NCBI GenBank assembly: GCA_038831915.1
Contig: JAWBKB010000005.1
Span: forward strand, 1 to 64,000
From: Candidatus Caldarchaeum sp.
Lineage (GTDB): Archaea > Thermoproteota > Nitrososphaeria_A > Caldarchaeales > Caldarchaeaceae
Direction of reading: 5' to 3'
Length of the DNA: 64,000 nt
Shown: piece after piece, positions 19,484 through 30,420 of the stretch
How positions within the stretch are numbered: the stretch's first letter is position 1
Layout of the letters: every line of letters begins with the position of its first letter
Notes under the pieces: generated by a model
The model's database searches: none
Told to the model about the DNA's origin: nothing
Seen by the model: only the letters and a program-made list of their open reading frames with translations
Position numbers and translations under genes: made by a program

Positions 19484-20152
19484 ATGAATCACAACGCAGC
19501 CGCCGCGGAAATCGAACAACGCCTCCGTCTCAGAAGACCCATCGTAGGAATATCATTCAAGGCGGAAAACGGGGCAAACCTACCGGTTTACAGACATTCC
19601 GTCCCTTCAAGCTGCGCCTTCTGGACTTTAGCGGACCGGGATGTATTCAGGACAGAGCGCCAGCATCATCTCAACTGCAGCATCGGAGCAGTTACGCATG
19701 GTTTTCACGATGTGTCCAGCGTCGGGGTTAGCTGTGGATATGCTGACATCGACCTGCTGGTTGGCGCGGGATGGATAACTGAGCAGGAGATTAAGCAGCT
19801 GCCTTCGGTTGAGCAAGAAGCAGAAATAATTTCATACGGCCCGATGCGCGTCATCACATTCGAGCCCGACGTAGCCGTGATGTTCTGCAATGCCGAACAA
19901 GCCATGATTATATCGTCGTGCATCCCCGTGAAGCTCGTCGGAAGGCCAGCTTGCATAGGGATTCCCATATCCATGAATGAGGGGACGGCTGTAATCAGTT
20001 TGGGCTGCACCCCCAGCCGTCTGCGCGCAGGCTATTCTCCCGATGAACTCGTTGTCTTCATCCCGAGGAAGGTGTTGCCCGAATTGGTTGAAAAACTCCG
20101 AAAAATGAGTCAGGCCGAGGAAGCTGTGGCAGCAGCGGTGATGAACAAATAA
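19484..20152 (+). CDS. DUF169-family protein
   Basis: L.LRRPIVGI, Cys motifs (SCAF, NCSIGA, ACIG, SLGC...R), FEPDVAV...NAEQAM. Confidence 0.8.
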   Translation: MNHNAAAAEIEQRLRLRRPIVGISFKAENGANLPVYRHSVPSSCAFWTLADRDVFRTERQHHLNCSIGAVTHGFHDVSSVGVSCGYADIDLLVGAGWITEQEIKQLPSVEQEAEIISYGPMRVITFEPDVAVMFCNAEQAMIISSCIPVKLVGRPACIGIPISMNEGTAVISLGCTPSRLRAGYSPDELVVFIPRKVLPELVEKLRKMSQAEEAVAAAVMNK

Positions 20153-20165
20153 ATCCCAAACCTTT

Positions 20166-21731
20166 CTATTTCTTTTTTCCGTATCCTCCGCCGCCGGCGG
20201 TTCTAATAACGAGCACGTCATCTTTCTCTAAAACCACTGATACTTTGCTGCCTAGCTTGATGACTGTTCCATCGCTCTTTATGACTAGGTATTCGCTGCA
20301 CGCGCCGGGTTGTCCTCCGTGGAGACCCCATGGCTTGTTTCTGCCGCGGTCTCCGAGAACTGTTGCGTAAATTGTAGTGAGAGCTTTGATGCTTCTTTCG
20401 ATGCCATCGCCTCCACGCCATTTTCCTTCGCCGCCGGTGCCGTCCCTAAGCCGATATGAAATGAACAGCACGGGATAATAATGTTCGATGACTTCGATAG
20501 GTGTGTTCAAGGTGTTTGTCATGTGGCTGTGAACACCGTGGACGCCGTCCATTCCGGGCCTCGCCCCACCACCGCCGCCTATGGTTTCGTAAAAAGCCCA
20601 CGGCTCACCTGTTCGGTGATGAACACCACCCATCATCAGGTTATTCATGCTGCCGTTGCTCGCCGCGGGAACCCTGTCTGGAAACAGCTGCGCCAAAGCC
20701 TTGTACAACGTGTCGACGATTCGCTGGCTTGTCTCCAAATTGCCAGCAGCAACTGGAGCTGGCTTAATAGGGTTGACTAAACATTCACGTGGAGCGTCAA
20801 CTGCTATTGTTTGGAGAAATCCGTCGTTGAGGAGAACATCTGACTGGAACAACGTCCGCAACGTGTAAGTTGTCGCTGCTATGGTCACTCCGAAAACAGC
20901 GTTCAACGGTTTGTTCACCTGTTTATGCGTGCCGTCGAAGCTGACGTGGAAACCCTTTTCCGAAACTTCTACCGATGCTTTGATAACGAGGTCTCGGTCG
21001 TCGAGCTCGAGATAGTCTTCGGCATTCGCTCGGCCGTGTTGCATCGCCGCCAGCTCTTTTTCCACGGCTTTTTGAGTTCTCGCGAGTATTTCCTCGACAG
21101 CCTCCCTGAAAATTGAGAGGGAAGTTTTTTCTATCAGAGCTTTGATTTTTCTTTCGCCCATCAGGTTCGCGGCTATTTGGGCACGTAGATCTCCCAAAGT
21201 TACATGGGGCATTCGTGTGTTGTTTCGCATTATTTCGACGATATCATCGTTCAGTTCGTCGTGCTCCATCAGCTTCACGGGTGGTATGACTAATCCTTCC
21301 TGCAAAAGAGATTCAGCCCTCACCGATATGCTTGAATGGTCTATGCCGCCGACGTCGACGTGATGTGCCTTATTCGCCACGTACGCCACCAACTCATCGC
21401 GGATGAATATGGGCCGGATGGTTGTGACGTCGTTGAGATGTGTGCCGGCGATGTAGGGGTCGTTGACTAGATACATGTCGCCGGGCTTTGGTTCTATGTT
21501 TTTCTCGACGAGATACTGCAGGGTGTTTTTGAGGCCGTGTGGGAGGGAGCCGATGTGGACGGGGATGTGTTCAGCCTGCCCGATGAGTCTTCCCTTCCAG
21601 TCGAGTATTGCGCAGCTGTGGTCGGCTCTTTCGCGGATGTTCGGGGAAAAAGCTGATTTCCGCAAAGCAACTCCCATCTCCTCTGAAATGTAGAGGAGAC
21701 TATGTTTAACGACTTCGACCTTCAAGCTCAT
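20166..21731 (-). CDS. Hydantoinase B / 5-oxoprolinase subunit
   Basis: SPNIRERADHSCA, IPVHIGS, NDPYIAGTHLND, HHVDVGG, NTLNTPIE, TAGGGGYG. Confidence 0.93.
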   Translation of the reverse strand: MSLKVEVVKHSLLYISEEMGVALRKSAFSPNIRERADHSCAILDWKGRLIGQAEHIPVHIGSLPHGLKNTLQYLVEKNIEPKPGDMYLVNDPYIAGTHLNDVTTIRPIFIRDELVAYVANKAHHVDVGGIDHSSISVRAESLLQEGLVIPPVKLMEHDELNDDIVEIMRNNTRMPHVTLGDLRAQIAANLMGERKIKALIEKTSLSIFREAVEEILARTQKAVEKELAAMQHGRANAEDYLELDDRDLVIKASVEVSEKGFHVSFDGTHKQVNKPLNAVFGVTIAATTYTLRTLFQSDVLLNDGFLQTIAVDAPRECLVNPIKPAPVAAGNLETSQRIVDTLYKALAQLFPDRVPAASNGSMNNLMMGGVHHRTGEPWAFYETIGGGGGARPGMDGVHGVHSHMTNTLNTPIEVIEHYYPVLFISYRLRDGTGGEGKWRGGDGIERSIKALTTIYATVLGDRGRNKPWGLHGGQPGACSEYLVIKSDGTVIKLGSKVSVVLEKDDVLVIRTAGGGGYGKKK

Positions 21732-23791
21732 TTCCTCAACACCATGCATCCCGTTTCATCAACCGAAAGCCGCCACTCCGGTGGAACAACCGTTGTCGAA
21801 TCATATTCCTCAACGATCAACGGGCCTTCAGCCTCAAACCCGCTTCCCAGCAATTCCCGCCTCAAAACAACGGTTTCATGAAACCCGTCGCGGAAAAACA
21901 CTTTCCGAACACGTTTCTCCACAGATCTCCGAGAAACAGCCGACTTCAACTTTGTATGTCCTGAAGGAATTATGAGCGCCACGCGAACCGCGGTAGCTTC
22001 GATTTTTTCACCTGCATGACCGTAGCCATAAATCGATGAATGCAGCATTTCGAACTTCTCAACAGCTTTACGCAAGCTGAAAGGTTTAGACACCTCAACC
22101 TCGATTTCATATCCCTGGCCATAGTATCTCATGTCGATTCTGCGGATGACGCGGAATTGTTTGATGTCGATTTTGTTCCGGAGGCTGTTGTAGGCGGTTG
22201 TTTCGAGTTCGCGGAATTTTTCCTCGATAAGGTGTTCGTCGCCGGGTTCAAGAAGTTTGACGAAGCCTTTGACGTAGCTGTACCGCATGTCGGTCATCAA
22301 AAGTCCAAGCGATGAAAAAAGGCCTGGCGAAGGTGGAACAACCACAGTGGATACACCGATTTCCTTAGCCAGCTCCGCGGCATGCATGGGCCCCGCGCCG
22401 CCGAAAGCAAACAACACAAACTCAGACGGGTCCAACCCTCTTTCGAGAGTCACGATATGGATGGCGCGCGCCATCTGCAGGTTAACGAGAACAAGAGAAT
22501 ACCATGCACAGTCAAGAACTGAAACACGTAGTTGTTCGGCGACTTTTTTCATCGCTTTTTCCGCGAGTGTTTGGTCGAGTTTCATCGCTCCGCCGAGAAG
22601 ATGTTCAACCCTGCCTAGCAACAAATTCGCGTCAGTAACCGTCGGCATAGTTCCCCCCAACCCATAGCAGGCGGGGCCCGGGTCAGCGCCAGCGCTCAGA
22701 GGGCCTACCATGAGAGAGCCCGAGCTGTCGACCGTTATGATGGTTCCGCCGCCGGCGCTTACTTCAGCCAAGTCGATTGAGGGAAACCTGACTGGATAGC
22801 CGCTTCCTTTAACCACGCGGCCCATGTGAACACGGCCGCCGACCTCAATTTCGGGAACAGTTGCAGGCAATCCGTCGACGACCACGCCTGCTTTCGCCGT
22901 TGTGCCGCCCATGTCGAAGCTGATAACCTTCCGAAAACCAGTCATCTCAGCCATCCGCGCTGCACCGATAACTCCAGCCGCGGGCCCCGACTCGATACAC
23001 GCCACAGGTCTCGAAACAGCTTCCTCTACATCAACCAACCCTCCCGAAGAACTCATGATATGAACAGGGGAATAGACTCCGATTTCGCGTAGGCCCTCTG
23101 TCACCGCTGAAAGATAGCGGGCGACAACGGGAGCCAGGGCGGCGTTAACCACTGTGGTGCTGAACCTCTCGTATTCCCTGTGTTCAGGGTCTACTTCATG
23201 GGATGCAAAAACAGGTGCTGGGAGAATTTTTGTGAGGAATTGTTTTGCTTTCTGCTCGTTGACGGGGTTGACGTAGCTGTTTAAAAAACAAACCGCCAAA
23301 GATTCAACGCCGATTTCACGCATGACGTCCGCGACTTTCGCAAGCTCGTTTTCGTCGACGGGTGTCAAAACAACGCCATCGCTGTCCACTCTCTCCAGCA
23401 CTTCAAACCTTCTTTCACGTGGAACCACTGGGTCAGGCCTCCGGTAGAAAATGTTGTAAAGCTCAGGTCTGTTCTGCCGCCCAATCTCCAAAACATCTCT
23501 GAACCCTTTCGTCGTAACTAGCGCTGTCTTGGGAAGGCGGAGACCGAGCTGGCCCCTGAACAAATTCGTACCCACAGTGTTTACGTGAACGACAAGCTCG
23601 ACCGAAGGGTCGTCAACTTGTTTGAGGAGCGTTTTCACTGCTTCGAGAAAACCTTTTTCAGGAGCGCGGGGTGTGCTGTGAACCTTTACTTTGAAAAGCT
23701 CGCCTGTCTCCAAGTTCACTGCGACAAGGTCTGTGAAAGTGCCTCCAACATCCACTGCAACCTTCAGCCGTACAACCAAAACTTCCACCAC
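21728..23791 (-). CDS. Hydantoinase A / 5-oxoprolinase ATP-binding subunit
   Basis: [52 protein letters not shown]. Confidence 0.93.
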   Translation of the reverse strand: MVEVLVVRLKVAVDVGGTFTDLVAVNLETGELFKVKVHSTPRAPEKGFLEAVKTLLKQVDDPSVELVVHVNTVGTNLFRGQLGLRLPKTALVTTKGFRDVLEIGRQNRPELYNIFYRRPDPVVPRERRFEVLERVDSDGVVLTPVDENELAKVADVMREIGVESLAVCFLNSYVNPVNEQKAKQFLTKILPAPVFASHEVDPEHREYERFSTTVVNAALAPVVARYLSAVTEGLREIGVYSPVHIMSSSGGLVDVEEAVSRPVACIESGPAAGVIGAARMAEMTGFRKVISFDMGGTTAKAGVVVDGLPATVPEIEVGGRVHMGRVVKGSGYPVRFPSIDLAEVSAGGGTIITVDSSGSLMVGPLSAGADPGPACYGLGGTMPTVTDANLLLGRVEHLLGGAMKLDQTLAEKAMKKVAEQLRVSVLDCAWYSLVLVNLQMARAIHIVTLERGLDPSEFVLFAFGGAGPMHAAELAKEIGVSTVVVPPSPGLFSSLGLLMTDMRYSYVKGFVKLLEPGDEHLIEEKFRELETTAYNSLRNKIDIKQFRVIRRIDMRYYGQGYEIEVEVSKPFSLRKAVEKFEMLHSSIYGYGHAGEKIEATAVRVALIIPSGHTKLKSAVSRRSVEKRVRKVFFRDGFHETVVLRRELLGSGFEAEGPLIVEEYDSTTVVPPEWRLSVDETGCMVLRK

Positions 23792-24508
23792 TCACGTCAG
23801 AAGCCGGCCGAGATGCGGCATACTCAGCTTGATTCCAAGCCTTTGCAGAACATTCCACAACGTCGCAGAATTGCTTGAAACAACTGGCTTCCCGGTCTCC
23901 TCCTCTATTTTTCTCAAGGCTTTGAAGGTGCTGAGGTTTGTGCAGCTGATGAAGGCGGCGTCAGCCGATGGATGAACGTTTTCCAAACACCAGTCAAGCA
24001 CCTGCTCATCGGACACACGTCCGATATCGGTGTTCGCGAGAATCGACGCGTGAAAACTCGACACTGTTTCAAACCCGTTGATTTTGAGGAATGTTTTTTC
24101 GATTTCGGTGATTTCACGGATGTAAGGCGTGATGAGTGAGATTTTCACCGCTCCGAGATGCTTGAGGGCCCTGACAACAGCCCCCGACGTGGCTACACAT
24201 GGCACATGGGAAACTTCCTCCAAACGTTTCTCAACATCCATGAATTGGTGCGCACCTTTAACAAAGCTCCCGCTCGTGCAGCCGTAAACAATCACGTCAA
24301 CCTTAGCCGTAGCTAGTTTCCGCGCCTCCCTCACCGCCTCATCCTCCATCACAGTCAACTCCTGCACGTCAACACGTTCCAGAAAAACACGACCCGAATG
24401 AACAGAGCCAAACCCATGCAAAACCTCCCAAAACTCCCCCTCCATCGTCGTATTCGACGAAGGAACAATCAACCCAACACGAAGCACAAACACAACCAAC
24501 CCAAACAA
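23792..24508 (-). CDS. Asp/Glu racemase-maleate isomerase family protein
   Basis: GLIVPSSNTTME; two catalytic Cys in YGCTSGS and ISCTNL; KPVVSSN. Confidence 0.88.
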   Translation of the reverse strand: MFGLVVFVLRVGLIVPSSNTTMEGEFWEVLHGFGSVHSGRVFLERVDVQELTVMEDEAVREARKLATAKVDVIVYGCTSGSFVKGAHQFMDVEKRLEEVSHVPCVATSGAVVRALKHLGAVKISLITPYIREITEIEKTFLKINGFETVSSFHASILANTDIGRVSDEQVLDWCLENVHPSADAAFISCTNLSTFKALRKIEEETGKPVVSSNSATLWNVLQRLGIKLSMPHLGRLLT

Positions 24509-24633
24509 GAATAAAAAACTTCACCTATCCAGTTCCAAAACATGAATAAAAATCCACATAAGGAGAATCGGCGGGTCAGCCTAAAAGACCTACTAGATGG
24601 GTGTGAGACTCGAAAAGTTAGATTCAACTGTCG

Positions 24634-25590
24634 TTAAACAGCGCTGAGCCTTTCGTAAAACATTTGAAGGAAACGTTCCGAATCGACGTGGTGACATATC
24701 TCGGCGTTGGGCCCCACCTTAACCCAAGACCTTTTCTCCACGATCGTCTGGCCTCTTGTGATCCCATTCTCGCAAACCACGTATACATGGCTGTTTGTTG
24801 TTTTGAAGAGTGTAGGGTCTATGGCTGCGGCTACTGCCATCAGGTCGTGGAGCTGCATGAAACCAAACCTGTCGACGAATTTCTTCATGATTCTCACAGC
24901 GGTCTTGGCTGCAGGTGAAGACGATGACCGAAGTCTTTGGATGTCTTGTGTTTTTAGGGTGGTTGTAGGGTCTGTCGTGACGTCGAGTCCAACGCATAAG
25001 GGATTTACGCCCGACTGGAAGACGATGCTGGCGGCCTCTGGGTCTACGTAGACGTTGAACTCGGAGACGGGTGTGGCGTTGCCATGGCCGTAGGGTGTCA
25101 TGGAGAAAGCACCGCCCATCATTATCATCCTCTCTATCTTCTTCGGAAGCTCCGGTTCCAGCAGGAACGCAAGAGCAACGTTCGTAAGAGGCCCTGTGGT
25201 AATCAAAGTGACACCACGCTCACTCATCAGTACATCGATTAGAAATCTGACTGCACCGAGTAGAGGGTGGCGTTTAGGCGGAGGAAGACCTGAGTCGCCG
25301 AGCCCATCCTCGCCGTGAACCCATTCAGCGGTCTCCAAATCCCTCACGAGGGGCTTCGTGGCACCCTTGTAGACAGGGACGCCATCAATTCCTAACAAAT
25401 CCAAAATCTTCAAAGCATTCACTGAGGTTTTGTCAACGTGGACGTTTCCGCTAACTGTTGTGATCCCAAGGATCTCGAGCTCCGGCGAATTTACAGCCAA
25501 CATTATGGCTAGGGCGTCGTCGACGCCGGGATCCATGTCCAACACTACTTTAACCAACTGCTCAGACAAGACATCCTCTAAAGCTTTCAC
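24634..25590 (-). CDS. Nucleoside hydrolase (IUNH family)
   Basis: DMDPGVDDA, HGEDGLG, TGPLTN, EFNVYVDPEAA, LHD. Confidence 0.93.
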   Translation of the reverse strand: MKALEDVLSEQLVKVVLDMDPGVDDALAIMLAVNSPELEILGITTVSGNVHVDKTSVNALKILDLLGIDGVPVYKGATKPLVRDLETAEWVHGEDGLGDSGLPPPKRHPLLGAVRFLIDVLMSERGVTLITTGPLTNVALAFLLEPELPKKIERMIMMGGAFSMTPYGHGNATPVSEFNVYVDPEAASIVFQSGVNPLCVGLDVTTDPTTTLKTQDIQRLRSSSSPAAKTAVRIMKKFVDRFGFMQLHDLMAVAAAIDPTLFKTTNSHVYVVCENGITRGQTIVEKRSWVKVGPNAEICHHVDSERFLQMFYERLSAV

Positions 25591-25628
25591 TAAAAGTTTA
25601 TCTATTTTGAAAACCTTCTCACGCCGAG

Positions 25629-26261
25629 GTGTTATGCAGTTTGGCCGGGAAAAAGCAGGAGCCCGGTGGTGATGGTGAGGTTGAAATTGTCCCGACCGGG
25701 GCTAAAATCCTTGCAGTCGTGATGATACCTACCATCGCAGCCTTGAACTATGTTGGCGGAGTTATAGTAGAACTGCTCAAAGCACCGATATGGGGCGATA
25801 CATGGGCGACTATGCTTGGAACCTTGATCTCAGGCTTCTGGGTCGGGAGCATCGGCGGATTTCTCTACAACATTATCATGGCTTTCACGCTCTGGGGGCT
25901 GCCCACTTGGATATGGGGATTTGCCAACGTTGCCATCGCGGGGATAACTGTTTTGTGTGTGAAGATGGGCTGGGCTGACCTGCGTCGTCCAGTAAAGCTA
26001 ATACCAGCTTTCCTGCTGCTTGGCTTCGTATACCCTATATTCACAACAGCGGTGTCCATAATATTCTTCGGCGGAGGCCCTCTCTGGAAACCAATACCAG
26101 CGGCCATTTACGCCGCCACGCTCAGCGCAACAGGAAACTTCTACCTCGCAAACTATATCCAAGCCATAAGCACAGAAATCCCTGACAAGATAATCTCATT
26201 CGTAGTAGCTTTAGCTATCGCCTCAAGGGTTCCGCGCCGGCTGGTGCTTCTGAAGAAATAA
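25629..26261 (+). CDS. ECF transporter substrate-specific S component (QrtT-like)
   Basis: AALNYVGG...LKAPIWGDTWAT...G..G; C-terminal EIPDKIIS; adjacent EcfT/A/A' genes. Confidence 0.75.
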   Translation: MLCSLAGKKQEPGGDGEVEIVPTGAKILAVVMIPTIAALNYVGGVIVELLKAPIWGDTWATMLGTLISGFWVGSIGGFLYNIIMAFTLWGLPTWIWGFANVAIAGITVLCVKMGWADLRRPVKLIPAFLLLGFVYPIFTTAVSIIFFGGGPLWKPIPAAIYAATLSATGNFYLANYIQAISTEIPDKIISFVVALAIASRVPRRLVLLKK

Positions 26262-26345
26262 AACTTCAGCCGGTGTTGAGAGCTGAGCGCCCTCGGATCG
26301 CTCCTTCTTAAAAAGACCGTCCTTGCGGGCAAAACACCTCTGCAT

Positions 26346-27131
26346 ATGGCTGATGCCCGCACAAAGTTCCTCTATTTCATCTGGATATCTGTCCTTGCCT
26401 ATGTTTTCTACGACTACATCCTAACCCTTGTTTTCCTTGCCGCAAACATTCTCCTGGCCTTCGCCGGCAGGGTTGGAAGACAGGTCTGCCTGCCACTGGC
26501 AGTTGTAGTTGTTCCATGGATGTCTCTCGCAGTTCCAATCCTGTCTCTCCCGCTTGGTTTTCCATGGAACGAGACAGTTGTTTACAGGCTTAACATCTTC
26601 GGACTGGACCTTCCAGTTTATCTCGAGGGGTTGGCGTGGGGGTTTACGTGGCCGCTTAGAATAGGCGTGACAATATCAGCCGCCATGTTGTTCTATCTTA
26701 CTACGCAGCAGACGATGCTCATAGCCATGTTGTTTAAGCTTCGCATGCCCTTCAAGTTCATCTACATGGTTGCTGCGACACTCCAGCTCATACCCCTGAT
26801 GGTTGACGAGGTGAAAAGTATCTACCAAGCTCAGCTGGCCCGCGGTCTCAGAACAGACGTCAGCGCCATGAAAAGGGTTTGGAACATGCTCCTGCTAATA
26901 GTGCCCCTGACACTCGGCTCGCTTGAAAAAGTTCAGACAAGGGCCATAGCTTTGGAGTCGAGGGGTTTCAGCTCACCCGTCAGAAAAACCATGCTCTACG
27001 ACATAAGGTTCAAGACTGTCGACTACGTGTTTTTCGCATGCATGACATCTGCCACGGTCTATCTAGGATATCTCTACGTGACTCAAGGCTATTCACCATT
27101 TGTCCGTCTTCGGTATCTCCTGGCCGGGTAG
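26346..27131 (+). CDS. ecfT: ECF transporter T component
   Basis: DARTK; twin Arg motifs AQLARG and ALESRGF. Confidence 0.92.
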   Translation: MADARTKFLYFIWISVLAYVFYDYILTLVFLAANILLAFAGRVGRQVCLPLAVVVVPWMSLAVPILSLPLGFPWNETVVYRLNIFGLDLPVYLEGLAWGFTWPLRIGVTISAAMLFYLTTQQTMLIAMLFKLRMPFKFIYMVAATLQLIPLMVDEVKSIYQAQLARGLRTDVSAMKRVWNMLLLIVPLTLGSLEKVQTRAIALESRGFSSPVRKTMLYDIRFKTVDYVFFACMTSATVYLGYLYVTQGYSPFVRLRYLLAG

Positions 27132-27135
27132 AGAG

Positions 27136-28023
27136 ATGCAAACAATCCTCGACACGGTTAAGCATCCTGTAGTCGTGGAAGGCCTTAGCTACAGCTATCC
27201 TTCAAGGCCGAATGTCCTCAACGACATCAGCTTCACCGTCACCAAATGCGAGGCAGTGGGGATAATAGGTCCAAACGGCGCGGGAAAATCAACTCTCTGC
27301 AAGGCTCTCAACGGGCTGGTTCCCCATTTCTATGGGGGGAAGATGCGTGGAAGAGTTTACGTGGCAGGCATGGACACGCTCAAACATACGGTAGCTGAGC
27401 TGGCTACAAAGGTCGGCCTCGTTTTCCAAGAGCCCGAAACACAGTTGTCGGGTCTAGCGTTAACCGTTGAGGACGAGATAAGCTTCGGCCTATCCATGCT
27501 GGGTTTTCCAAAGAACGTAATAGTTGAGCGTACGCGGGAAGCTTTGGAGAAGGTGGGGTTGCAGGGTCTTGAGCACAGGTCGCCTTTCGAGCTTTCGGGC
27601 GGGCAGCAGCAGAGGCTGGCCATAGCCACAGTTTTAGCGATGAAGCCTGAGGTAATGGTTTTGGACGAGCCGACAGCACAGCTGGACCCTTTGGGCAAGG
27701 AGCAGGTTTTCGCCGTGCTCAAAGAACTTTTGATGAATGGAATGACGATGGTCATAGCGGAGCATGAAGTCGAAGAGCTGGCTGTTCTTACCAACCGTAT
27801 AATCATGTTGAACGAGGGGAGAGTGGTCTGTGAAGGCCCGTCAAGAGACGTGTTGAAGCAGGTAAGTCTCATCAAGTCGTTAGGTGTGAACCCTCCCACC
27901 GTCACCGAGCTGGCCCATATAGTTGATAAGGAATGCGACCTCCAGCTTGAAGATTATCCACTGACCGTGGAGGAGGCTTTGAAAATCTTTCTGGAACATC
28001 TGCAAAGGAGTGGGAAGATTTGA
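27136..28023 (+). CDS. ecfA: ECF transporter ATPase
   Basis: GPNGAGKST, VFQEPETQ, LSGGQQQR, LDEPTAQLDP. Confidence 0.92.
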   Translation: MQTILDTVKHPVVVEGLSYSYPSRPNVLNDISFTVTKCEAVGIIGPNGAGKSTLCKALNGLVPHFYGGKMRGRVYVAGMDTLKHTVAELATKVGLVFQEPETQLSGLALTVEDEISFGLSMLGFPKNVIVERTREALEKVGLQGLEHRSPFELSGGQQQRLAIATVLAMKPEVMVLDEPTAQLDPLGKEQVFAVLKELLMNGMTMVIAEHEVEELAVLTNRIIMLNEGRVVCEGPSRDVLKQVSLIKSLGVNPPTVTELAHIVDKECDLQLEDYPLTVEEALKIFLEHLQRSGKI

Positions 28024-28871
28024 GCTTGATAAGGGTTTGCGACGTATGGTATTGGTACAACAACGATGTCGTAGCTCTCAAGGGGGTCAGCCTAGACATA
28101 GATGCGGGAGAGACAGTGGCCATTATAGGCCAGAACGGTGGTGGAAAAACAACCTTGGCCAAGCATTTCAACGGCCTCCTGAAACCCTCTAAGGGAGAAG
28201 TTTACGTGAAAGGACACAACACCAAGGAAACACCAATCCATAAACTCGCGTCCATAGTTGTATACGTCTTCCAAAACCCATCCCATCAAATCTTCATGAG
28301 CACAGTCTACGAGGAGGTTGCATACGGTCCCTTACAACAAGGCCTGCCAAAAAATGTAGTCGACGACAGGGTTTCCAAGGCTCTAGAAACCGTGGGCCTA
28401 ATGGTGAACCCCAGGACCCATCCATACGACTTGGATTATGGGCAGATGAAGCTTTTGACCATTGCTTCAGCCATCGCGGTCGACCCTGAAGTGTTTGTCT
28501 TGGACGAGCCGACGACAGGTCAAGACCATCGGTCGAGGAGGAAAGTTGCGGAGATAGTCAGGCAGCTGAATCGGGCGGGGAAGACGGTTGTTGTAATAAC
28601 TCATGACATGAGGTTCGTTGTCGAGACGGCTGCGAGGACTGTTGTCATGGTTGGCGGTCGTGTTGCCGCCGATGGTCCGACGCGAAGGGTACTGTCGGAC
28701 GTGGAGCTACTGGCCAGCGCTGCGATAAAACCTCCTCAAACCGTTCAGCTTGCAAATGGGTTAAGGGAGTATGGATATGTCGTCAGCATGCTCACCTTAG
28801 ACGAGGCTGCGGATGAGCTTAAACGTCTTCTGGGCTGCAGCCGCCCGTCTAGTCTGTCTCCAGCCCTTTGA
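28020..28871 (+). CDS. ECF transporter second ATPase (EcfA')
   Basis: GQNGGGKTT, VFQNP, LDEPTTGQD, ITHDM. Confidence 0.92.
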   Translation: MSLIRVCDVWYWYNNDVVALKGVSLDIDAGETVAIIGQNGGGKTTLAKHFNGLLKPSKGEVYVKGHNTKETPIHKLASIVVYVFQNPSHQIFMSTVYEEVAYGPLQQGLPKNVVDDRVSKALETVGLMVNPRTHPYDLDYGQMKLLTIASAIAVDPEVFVLDEPTTGQDHRSRRKVAEIVRQLNRAGKTVVVITHDMRFVVETAARTVVMVGGRVAADGPTRRVLSDVELLASAAIKPPQTVQLANGLREYGYVVSMLTLDEAADELKRLLGCSRPSSLSPAL

Positions 28872-29823
28872 CCAAGCCGCCGAGGTTTCTGGCTTTTTTG
28901 TTTGAGCTGATGAATTCGTTGATTTCGTCGAAGGTTGGCATAGCCTCTTGTGCTCCTAGCTTTGTTGTGGCAAGGGCTGCTGCCACGTTGGCCAGCTCAG
29001 CTGCTTCATGGAGTTTCATGTCTTTGGAGAGGGCGTAAGCCAAGGTTCCGCAGAAAGCGTCACCAGCCCCGGTTGTGTCGACAGCTTTAACCTTCACACC
29101 TTTTAGATGAAGCGTTTCCCTCTCAGTCACGAGCACCACGCCCCTACTGCCCAAGGTTACCAAGACATTTTTGACGCCTTTTTTGAGGAGTTTCTTTCCT
29201 GCTGAGATGGCTGTGCTTACGTCATGCACTTCGACGCCTGAAAGGTACGAGGCCTCCAAGGCGTTGGGGACGATGACGTCAACTTTTTCCAGCAAGTTTT
29301 TGGGCAAGGCCCTCGCGGGTGCAGGGTTTAGCAACACCTTGACGCCAGCTTGGTTGGCCATGTTGACCGCGTGCTCAACTGTTTGAATAGGAATTTCGAG
29401 CTGAAGCATCAAGACTTTGGCGGAGGCTATTTCGTCTCTGGCGGCTTCAACGTCAGCGGGGGTCAGGCGTTCGTCGGCTCCCGAAGCCACCGCTATCAAG
29501 TTACTGCCCTGCTGGTCGACCATAATCAACGCAACGCCTGTGTGTGCTTCAGGGTCTCTGACCACGTGTCTTGTCATGACACGTTCTTTATCCAGCCTTT
29601 CGACAAGCATCGAGCCGAACAAGTCGTTGCCCACGCGTCCTACGATGGATGTGTTTACACCGAGTCTAGATGCCGCGACGGCTTGGTTCGCGCCCTTTCC
29701 GCCCGGAAATATCTGGAAGATTCCGCCTATGACTGTTTCGCCACGTTTGGGTAGTCTGCCCAGTTTAACGACGAGGTCGGCGTGAATGCTGCCGACCACA
29801 ACAACCTCAGCCGGCGACACCAT
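28849..29823 (-). CDS. rbsK: Ribokinase
   Basis: PGGKGANQAVA, GRVGND.FG, QLEIP, LNPAP, VDTTGAGDAF. Confidence 0.93.
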   Translation of the reverse strand: MVSPAEVVVVGSIHADLVVKLGRLPKRGETVIGGIFQIFPGGKGANQAVAASRLGVNTSIVGRVGNDLFGSMLVERLDKERVMTRHVVRDPEAHTGVALIMVDQQGSNLIAVASGADERLTPADVEAARDEIASAKVLMLQLEIPIQTVEHAVNMANQAGVKVLLNPAPARALPKNLLEKVDVIVPNALEASYLSGVEVHDVSTAISAGKKLLKKGVKNVLVTLGSRGVVLVTERETLHLKGVKVKAVDTTGAGDAFCGTLAYALSKDMKLHEAAELANVAAALATTKLGAQEAMPTFDEINEFISSNKKARNLGGLVKGLETD

Positions 29824-29926
29824 GGTTTATACCCTCCTTTACTCAAATATGAGCCTCTTCTAGATGTGTGGCCCTAGTTGTTTAAGCTGAGTGACGCACC
29901 GGCTTTGTAACCTGAAGATGAGAACA

Positions 29927-30420
29927 TGAAACAACTATTCATTAGAGGACGGAGAAGCCAAATGAGACACGTAGGACAACTATGCTTGGAATAGGATGAA
30001 CGTTTTGGCCGGCGTCAGAAAAGTGTTGTATCGTTTGACGGAGTGTTGAGGATGGAGGGTGTTTTTCTGGAGATGATTTTTGCATCTTATCTTATCAGCA
30101 AAGGCCTGCGACCCGCGGCCTACAACATGACGTGCTCGTAGCCATGTATAATGGCTATGGATACTATGAATATACAGGTCGGAGGAAGATTGACGCCGAT
30201 AAAATTAACAGGTTTTTGAACGACACCTTACGACTCGACCAGCTTCTCAAAGAAAGTGTGGGCAAAGGGATTGTCGAGGTTGGTTTTGTGGCCGCCTGTG
30301 CTGAAAACGATTGGCAGCCCGAAGCCAAAAGCGTTTGAAAAAGGCAAGGAAATACAGGAAACTTAGCTACAACGTAGTACTACAGTCATCCAACGAACTG
30401 CTCATGAGAATCCATGGGGG
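29927..30420 (+). pseudogene. Decayed ORF fragments of unknown origin
   Basis: Several short coding-like frames interrupted by stops (e.g. 30132-30338); no recognisable family. Confidence 0.3.
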
